DNA of 64,000 nt from an uncultured Bacteroidales bacterium (GTDB lineage: Bacteria; Bacteroidota; Bacteroidia; Bacteroidales; VadinHA17): contig CAVTPT010000005.1 in assembly GCA_963736675.1 (NCBI GenBank), positions 128,040 through 192,039 on the forward strand, given 5' to 3'. Numbering within the stretch: the stretch's first letter is position 1; every line of letters starts with the position of its first letter. The position numbers and the translations under genes were made by a program. Below are positions 37,324 through 43,354 of this stretch, piece after piece. The notes under the pieces are model-generated. The model was not told the DNA's origin and did no database searches. It saw only the letters and a program-made list of their open reading frames with translations.

Positions 37324-39417
37324 TTAAAATTTTACCGCCAGATTAATCCCGGTCTGTGCAGGCTTTCCTGTTTGAACATATTTGTTGCCAAGCGCCTCGA
37401 AATAGAAGGACGCATATTCATTATCCAGCATATTCTTGGTCCAGATGTCAATCTGCAGCGATTTACGGATGAAAGAGATCTTTGCATCGACAATTCCGTA
37501 ATATTGCTGGCAACTGTTATTTTCCTCCTCCCAGTAGATCTTTCCTGCTCCACGATAAAGTAAGTTAAGTTTTATCCTGTCAAGAATTGAGTTGTTTTGC
37601 AGGTTGAATGATTTTCCGGCCTGAAAAGAAACAGTATGACGCGGCACATATGGAAGAAAATTATTATTATAATTTGTTGTTTGGTCGACAACATATGAAA
37701 CGAACCTTGCATTTGTATAACCGTACGAAAGCATGAATTCAAACCCTTTCAGGGAAGCAGTTTTCAGGGAAGCTTCTCCGCCTCTGCTTACCGAGTGACC
37801 GGCATTCTTGAGCATTGAACCCCTTCCGCTGGGAACTGTCTGATAGATCTGCTGGTTTTTCCAGTTGATGTAAAAAACCGCCAGGTCGGCATATAAGCTT
37901 TTCCCAAGGAAAGAGGTCTTTATTCCGGTTTCGTAATTCCAGCTGAATTCAGGATCGAAAGTAAGATCTTCGGGCCGTTCAAAGGTTGAATTGAATCCTC
38001 CCGTTTTATATCCCCTTGCTATCACTGCATATAAATTACTGTTTTTAAGCTGATAGCTTGCAGCAAATCGTGGGATAACCTCCAGGGAGCCCAGCGAAGG
38101 ATAGACCGTATCGGCCATAACAGAGTAAATCCCCCGTAGTGTCCTGTCGTAAAAATATTTCAGCATATCATCCTCAATGTCGACCCTGATACCTGCCGTA
38201 AGAGTAAGGTTCTTTACCGGGAAATCAGTAAGTGATGACTGATGAAACAGGGCTGCACCCTTTATGGTATGATCGTATTTCTTGAGATAATCCATATTCT
38301 GAACATAAGCATCAACATCGACTGAATTATCAAATGACTGGTAGAATGCATATCCGCCGAACAGCCATTTATAATTTCCGGTGCCTGCTGTTCTTGCAAT
38401 GATCTCCTGCGATATCATATGCTGATTCTGAAGCTGTGAAATAAAATACAACGAATCAACAGTGAAGTCCTGATCAATCTTTTGGATATCATCAAGGTAC
38501 TGGTACGAGGTTGTTGCCGTTAACTCAATATGAGCGCCCGAGTATCTTAAAAGCAGGGCATCTGAAAACATGCTTCTGGCATAAGAACTGTACTGATTAT
38601 AGCTGATTTCTTCAGCCCTGTTCAGGGAGTCGTTAAAGATTGCATAGGGATATCCGCCCTGGTCACTTAATTCAAAACCGGCTATGTTCTCCAGGGTCAG
38701 CTTATCCGAAACCTCAAAAATCATTCTGTTTCTGAATCCGTATGAATTGAGCCTGTCTACCCTGTCGCCGGAATATTGATTTGTATAAAATCCGTCATTA
38801 TGAAGATGGTTCAGGGCAACCGAATACCCAAGCCTCTCTTTTATTTTTCCGTAATGACCTGCATTTACAGTCCGCGTTCCATAATTTCCTGCCGAAATGT
38901 TGAAATGTGTTCCGGAATAATCCATCGGTGATGTTGTGACTATATTTATTATGCCGCCCATGGTGTTTCTTCCAAAAAGAGTTCCCTGAGGCCCCCGTAA
39001 TACTTCGATTCTCTTTATATCAAAAAAGTCGAAATCAAATGCAGCCTTTTCAAAATACGGGACATAATCAACGTAAAGTCCTACCGATGGTGAATTGATC
39101 CGCGACCCAATACCTCTGATATAAACCGGAGATGTCAGCTTTGAACCGTAATCAGGCATAAAGAAATTAGGAGCCGATGCTGAGATTTCGTTCAGCGACC
39201 GTATCTCATTGTCTGATATTGATGACGATGAGATGACTGATACTGATGCGGGAATTGACTTGAAAGTTACGTTATCCTTTGAGGCTTTAATAACAATTTC
39301 CTGAAGTTCAATCAGGTCCATCAGCGCAGTGTCGATTGGCTGGTCAACCTCCTGTGCCGAAAGGTTTATAGCATTGAATAACAATAAAATGGAAGTAAAG
39401 CAAGTATACTTTCTCAT
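37324..39417 (-). CDS. TonB-dependent outer-membrane receptor
   Basis: ATG 39417 gives a classical signal peptide (MRKYTCFTSILLLFNAINLSAQE); an alternative ATG lies at 39459. The plug has IEVLRGPQGTLFGRNTMGGIINIVT. The beta-barrel ends in an aromatic residue (LAVKF). Confidence 0.9.
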   Translation of the reverse strand: MRKYTCFTSILLLFNAINLSAQEVDQPIDTALMDLIELQEIVIKASKDNVTFKSIPASVSVISSSSISDNEIRSLNEISASAPNFFMPDYGSKLTSPVYIRGIGSRINSPSVGLYVDYVPYFEKAAFDFDFFDIKRIEVLRGPQGTLFGRNTMGGIINIVTTSPMDYSGTHFNISAGNYGTRTVNAGHYGKIKERLGYSVALNHLHNDGFYTNQYSGDRVDRLNSYGFRNRMIFEVSDKLTLENIAGFELSDQGGYPYAIFNDSLNRAEEISYNQYSSYARSMFSDALLLRYSGAHIELTATTSYQYLDDIQKIDQDFTVDSLYFISQLQNQHMISQEIIARTAGTGNYKWLFGGYAFYQSFDNSVDVDAYVQNMDYLKKYDHTIKGAALFHQSSLTDFPVKNLTLTAGIRVDIEDDMLKYFYDRTLRGIYSVMADTVYPSLGSLEVIPRFAASYQLKNSNLYAVIARGYKTGGFNSTFERPEDLTFDPEFSWNYETGIKTSFLGKSLYADLAVFYINWKNQQIYQTVPSGRGSMLKNAGHSVSRGGEASLKTASLKGFEFMLSYGYTNARFVSYVVDQTTNYNNNFLPYVPRHTVSFQAGKSFNLQNNSILDRIKLNLLYRGAGKIYWEEENNSCQQYYGIVDAKISFIRKSLQIDIWTKNMLDNEYASFYFEALGNKYVQTGKPAQTGINLAVKF

Positions 39418-39433
39418 ATAATTTAAAATAATA

Positions 39434-39448
39434 TTTCCCCCGGGGAAA
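39434..39448. promoter_or_regulatory. 15-nt palindrome TTTCCCC-C-GGGGAAA immediately upstream of the TonB-dependent receptor start
   Basis: 7-bp arms with a single central nt, 17-31 nt upstream of ATG 39417. It is too tight to fold as an RNA hairpin, so it would be a DNA-level site if functional. Confidence 0.3.
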
Positions 39449-39600
39449 TCTTTTCTCATTAAGGGTTAAAGAATTGTGATTGTTTTGTTTTGGACCGCCA
39501 GCTAATTCAGGCAGGAAATAGTGCTGAGACCAGGGAAAAAACCGTATTTAATCCCCGTTCCGCAATAAAAAGTAAACAGCCTGAAGAAATGGAAATACAA

Positions 39601-39954
39601 TTAATATCTGAATGGCGGAGGCCGGCAGAGCAGGTCGAAAGGTTTATTTTCAGGGCAATCCTTCCATTCGGCCAGTGGAAAGAGAGTTTCAACAAAGGGG
39701 CAATATGAAATGGATTCGTGCTCTGTTTCGGGAAAGGCGTCCGGATTTATTTTTGTAAGCTGATTTGAATCAAGGTATAGTGCATTAATTATCAGCTCCT
39801 TATCCTGGACGACATATAACTCTTTTTCTTTGACTGGATTTGCAGGCTCCCCATGTTTCGACTTGTTAATAGCATGCACACCGAAGTATATCATATACAC
39901 GGCTGCCATAATAATCAATGGCACTTCAGTCAGAATTGAACTAAAAGGGAACAT
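39601..39954 (-). CDS. Hypothetical small membrane-anchored protein (uncertain)
   Basis: 117 aa from ATG 39954 (MFPFSSILTEVPLIIMAAVYMIYFGVHAI...) with one N-terminal TM helix. I recognise no homology, and the region could instead be a long leader of the receptor operon. Confidence 0.3.
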   Translation of the reverse strand: MFPFSSILTEVPLIIMAAVYMIYFGVHAINKSKHGEPANPVKEKELYVVQDKELIINALYLDSNQLTKINPDAFPETEHESISYCPFVETLFPLAEWKDCPENKPFDLLCRPPPFRY

Positions 39955-40013
39955 TGTTTTTTGCTTACAGCGCAAATAAAGAAATTTTATCTTAAGAAAT
40001 GAAATTTCCTTTA

Positions 40014-40946
40014 TTAATTTTTAATAATCTCCTTCAGGGCTGCCTCAACATTACCGAACAAAAAACTATAACCGGTATTTTTTATTTTTTCTGCCGAGAT
40101 GCGGCTCCCTTTGAGAATTATATCAGACATACTTCCCAGGGCAAGCCTGATAAACAAGCCGGGTAGTGGCAGTAGAAGAAGGGGCCGGTTCAGCGTTTTT
40201 GACAGGGTTTTCATAAATTCACCATGGGTAATATGCTGTGGAGCAACGGCATTATAGGCACCTGCCATTTTTTCGTCGTTTATTGCTTTGAGGTAGATAT
40301 TGCACAGATCTGCAATATGGATCCATGGGAAATACTGTTTTCCGCTTCCTGTCCTTACAAGCAGTCCGTATCGTGCAGGAGCCATTAACTTTGACAGTGC
40401 GCTGTCGTCTTTTCCGAGGACCACCCCACTTCTGATTTTGACACTCCTCATTCCCGATTTTTCAAAGAGATCAGCCGCCTCTTCCCATAACCTGCAGGTA
40501 GTTCCCGTGAAGTCCGGTGCCGGCGTATCCTCTTCGGTGAATATTTTTTCAGATGTCGCCGACCCGTAATATCCGGCAGCTGAAGCGCTGATGAACGCTC
40601 TGAGAGGTATCTGATTGTCAATGATTGTTTTATGGAGTAGTTTTGCAGCGCCGGCCCGCGAGCTGATGATCTCATCTTTTCTCTTTTTGCTCCATACTTT
40701 TTCACCGATACTGGCGCCTGCAAGGTGAACAATGTAATCAATTCCAGCAAAGACCTCAGGATCAATTATGCCCTTTCCGGGATCCCACCTGAACACCCTT
40801 ACAGTACCGAACTGATTTGTCCTCACGGAAAGGTGAGATACCCTGTATCCCTCCGACAACAGGAGCGAAGTAAGATGGCGGCCAACCAGGCCACTTCCTC
40901 CTGTCATAAGAACCGAGGGCCTCTTTATCATATCTGTTTCTGCCAT
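40014..40946 (-). CDS. TIGR01777/YfcH-family NAD-dependent epimerase-like protein (SDR39U1 type, C-terminal DUF1731)
   Basis: 310 aa. Contains VLMTGGSGLVGRHLTSLL and the C-terminal RISAEKIKNTGYSFLF. Confidence 0.8.
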   Translation of the reverse strand: MAETDMIKRPSVLMTGGSGLVGRHLTSLLLSEGYRVSHLSVRTNQFGTVRVFRWDPGKGIIDPEVFAGIDYIVHLAGASIGEKVWSKKRKDEIISSRAGAAKLLHKTIIDNQIPLRAFISASAAGYYGSATSEKIFTEEDTPAPDFTGTTCRLWEEAADLFEKSGMRSVKIRSGVVLGKDDSALSKLMAPARYGLLVRTGSGKQYFPWIHIADLCNIYLKAINDEKMAGAYNAVAPQHITHGEFMKTLSKTLNRPLLLLPLPGLFIRLALGSMSDIILKGSRISAEKIKNTGYSFLFGNVEAALKEIIKN

Positions 40947-41057
40947 CAGAAGTTTTAACTTATCAAAGCTAAGTGATTATTAACATATATAGTGTTAATA
41001 GTTTTTTGGAAAAATATTAAAAAGATTTACTTTAGGGGTCTAAAAAATTTTAAAACA

Positions 41058-42290
41058 ATGGTTTCAAATAAAAAGACGAAAATCATGGCAAATCACAAAA
41101 CAACAAAAGGAGTAATAGCAATACTTACGGGAGGTGGTGATGTACCGGGACTGAATCCGGCCATCAGGGCAGTGACCATCCGGGCAAACAGGGAAGGGTA
41201 CAAGGTGATAGGTCTGCGCAGGGGCTGGGCAGGTATAACCGAACTTATAAGGGATCATAAGGCAGACAACAGTAACTGCTTTCAGGTTCTTACAGACGAT
41301 ATTGTGAATAAGGCAGGCCGTACAGGAGGAACTTTCCTTCACACATCAAGGACAAGGCCCAGTCATATGTCGAAAGAGAGCGTACCTGAACATCTCCAGA
41401 GTACATATAACGAAGATATGAACGACCTTACACCCGAGATAATCAAAAACCTCGAGTGGCTTGGCGTTGACTACCTTATCCCGATTGGCGGAGACGACAC
41501 GCTCAGTTATGGTGTTCACCTGTACAAAAAAGGAGTTAATGTTGTTGCCATTCCCAAGACTATGGATAATGATGTTCCGGGAACTGATTACTGCATCGGC
41601 TTCAGCACCTGTGTCACCAGGACAATTCAGATGACCAACAGCCTCAGAACTTCTGCCGGGTCGCACGAAAGACTCCTTGTTCTTGAAGTGTTCGGAAGAT
41701 ATGCCGGCTTCACCGCAATGCTTCCTACCATGGCCGGAGCAGCAAACAGGTGCGTTATTCCGGAATATGAATTTGATATTGACCAGCTTACAAAGCTTCT
41801 TGTTGAAGACAGAAACCATAATCCCAGCAAATATTCAGTTGTACTTGTATCGGAAGGTGCTATGTTTAAAGGCGGTCAGATGGTATTCTCCGACAGCGAG
41901 AAGGATGCTTATGGTCATGCCAAGCTTGGTGGTATTGGTGATCTGGTATCAGCAAAACTGAAGGAACTTTCAGCCAAACACAACAACGGCAAAACTGTTA
42001 ACGTGATTAACCAGAAACTCGGATACATGGTCCGTGGGGGTGATCCTGACGCTCTCGATTCAATTGTTCCGATGGCTTACGGAAACCTTGCCCTTGACCT
42101 TATTCTCAAGGGCGTTCATGGAAGAATAGTCGTTCTGAAGAACGGACGATATGACAATGTCCCTATTGACGTTGTTACCTCTTCCAAAAAGATAGTTAAA
42201 GTATCAGAATATTATAATATCGAAAGGCTCAGACCATACTATCACAGTTTTGAGATGAAACCTTTCCTGCTTATGGCATCGGATAATTAA
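41058..42290 (+). CDS. pfp: Phosphofructokinase with PPi-type GGDD signature (pyrophosphate--fructose-6-phosphate 1-phosphotransferase)
   Basis: About 410 aa from ATG 41058 (41085 is also possible; the track uses GTG 40992). Contains TGGGDVPGLN, IGGDDTLSYG and IPKTMDNDVPGTDYCIGF. Confidence 0.85.
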   Translation: MVSNKKTKIMANHKTTKGVIAILTGGGDVPGLNPAIRAVTIRANREGYKVIGLRRGWAGITELIRDHKADNSNCFQVLTDDIVNKAGRTGGTFLHTSRTRPSHMSKESVPEHLQSTYNEDMNDLTPEIIKNLEWLGVDYLIPIGGDDTLSYGVHLYKKGVNVVAIPKTMDNDVPGTDYCIGFSTCVTRTIQMTNSLRTSAGSHERLLVLEVFGRYAGFTAMLPTMAGAANRCVIPEYEFDIDQLTKLLVEDRNHNPSKYSVVLVSEGAMFKGGQMVFSDSEKDAYGHAKLGGIGDLVSAKLKELSAKHNNGKTVNVINQKLGYMVRGGDPDALDSIVPMAYGNLALDLILKGVHGRIVVLKNGRYDNVPIDVVTSSKKIVKVSEYYNIERLRPYYHSFEMKPFLLMASDN

Positions 42291-42323
42291 CAATATCTGA
42301 TTTTATCCATCAAATTAATTGAT

Positions 42324-42356
42324 ATTTAGAGACGTCCCTGAGAGACGTCTCTAAAT
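42324..42356 (+). terminator. Perfect 13-bp hairpin downstream of pfp (terminator or processing site; no T tract)
   Basis: ATTTAGAGACGTC-cctgaga-GACGTCTCTAAAT. It is followed by a second small palindrome GTTGTAAACAAC and then the TTG start of rsgA. Confidence 0.4.
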
Positions 42357-42374
42357 GTTGTAAACAACATTCAT

Positions 42375-43301
42375 TTGAAGAAGGGTGTTGTAATAAAATC
42401 GACCGGCAGCCGGTACAGGGTCCTGACAGAATCAGGGCAAACCATCGAATGTACCATAAAGGGTAAGTTCAGGGTAAGGGAATTGCTTAACACAAATCCC
42501 GTCGCTGTGGGCGATAATGTATTAATCAGCACTGAAGAAAGTAATACTACAGGTGTCATTACTGAAGTCCTTGACCGGAAAAACTATATCCTCCGGAAAT
42601 CCTCAAATCTCTCAAGACAATCGCAGATTATAGCAGCAAATATCGATCAGGCATTCCTGATGGTCACAATAAAGCTTCCGGAGACTCCTGTGGAATTTAT
42701 TGACAGGTTCCTTATTACTGCCGAAGCCTATAGAATTCCAGCTATCCTGGTTTTTAATAAAACCGATTTATATGGAGCGGAAGAACTTGCCACGATGGAA
42801 AATCTGATAAATATATATTCGGTCATAGGATATGATTGTATCCGTCTGTCAGTAAGGGAGGGCACCAATCTTGACCTTATTAGAGAGAAAATGGCAGACA
42901 GGGTAAGCCTTGTTTCGGGTAATTCCGGTGTTGGGAAGACCTCTCTTCTGAACGCTCTCGACACATCATTGAAACTGAAGACCGAAGAGATCTCGGACTA
43001 CCATAAACAGGGAAAGCATGTAACCACATTTCCTGAAATGTACCGTATGCCTTTCGGGGGGTTTGTCATTGATACACCCGGGATCAGGGGATTCGGGGTT
43101 TTTAACATGGAAAAGAACGAAATATATCATTTCTTTCCCGAAATATTCAGGGAATCAAAGAATTGCCGTTTTTATAACTGCCTCCATCTGGATGAACCGG
43201 GATGTGCTGTCAGGCAGGCAGTGGAAAAAGGGAAAATTGACTTTTTAAGATACAGGAGTTATCTGAGCATTATTGAGGATGATGATTCCAAATACCGCTG
43301 A
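42375..43301 (+). CDS. rsgA: Ribosome small-subunit-dependent GTPase A
   Basis: 308 aa. Contains GNSGVGKTSLLNAL and the zinc knuckle CRFYNCLHLDEPGCAV. It has an apparent TTG start, with no in-frame ATG before the conserved N-terminus (KKGVVIKSTGS). Confidence 0.9.
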   Translation: MKKGVVIKSTGSRYRVLTESGQTIECTIKGKFRVRELLNTNPVAVGDNVLISTEESNTTGVITEVLDRKNYILRKSSNLSRQSQIIAANIDQAFLMVTIKLPETPVEFIDRFLITAEAYRIPAILVFNKTDLYGAEELATMENLINIYSVIGYDCIRLSVREGTNLDLIREKMADRVSLVSGNSGVGKTSLLNALDTSLKLKTEEISDYHKQGKHVTTFPEMYRMPFGGFVIDTPGIRGFGVFNMEKNEIYHFFPEIFRESKNCRFYNCLHLDEPGCAVRQAVEKGKIDFLRYRSYLSIIEDDDSKYR

Positions 43302-43354
43302 GATTGAAATAATTAATATATTTTCCACACCTTTGTTTTCAAATATCCGGGTAG

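Noticed and set aside
39481-39720. Possible cobalamin riboswitch in front of the TonB-dependent receptor. Minus-strand fragments are GTTGAAACTC, CCACTGG...GGAAGG and GACCTGC.
   Set aside because: The fragments only loosely resemble the GGTGAAAATCC / GCCACTG / B12-box (AGYCMGGAGACCTGCC) consensus. The highly conserved AGGGAA element and a proper B12 box are missing. Most of the fragments lie within an open 117-codon frame. Only an Infernal scan with RF00174 could settle it.
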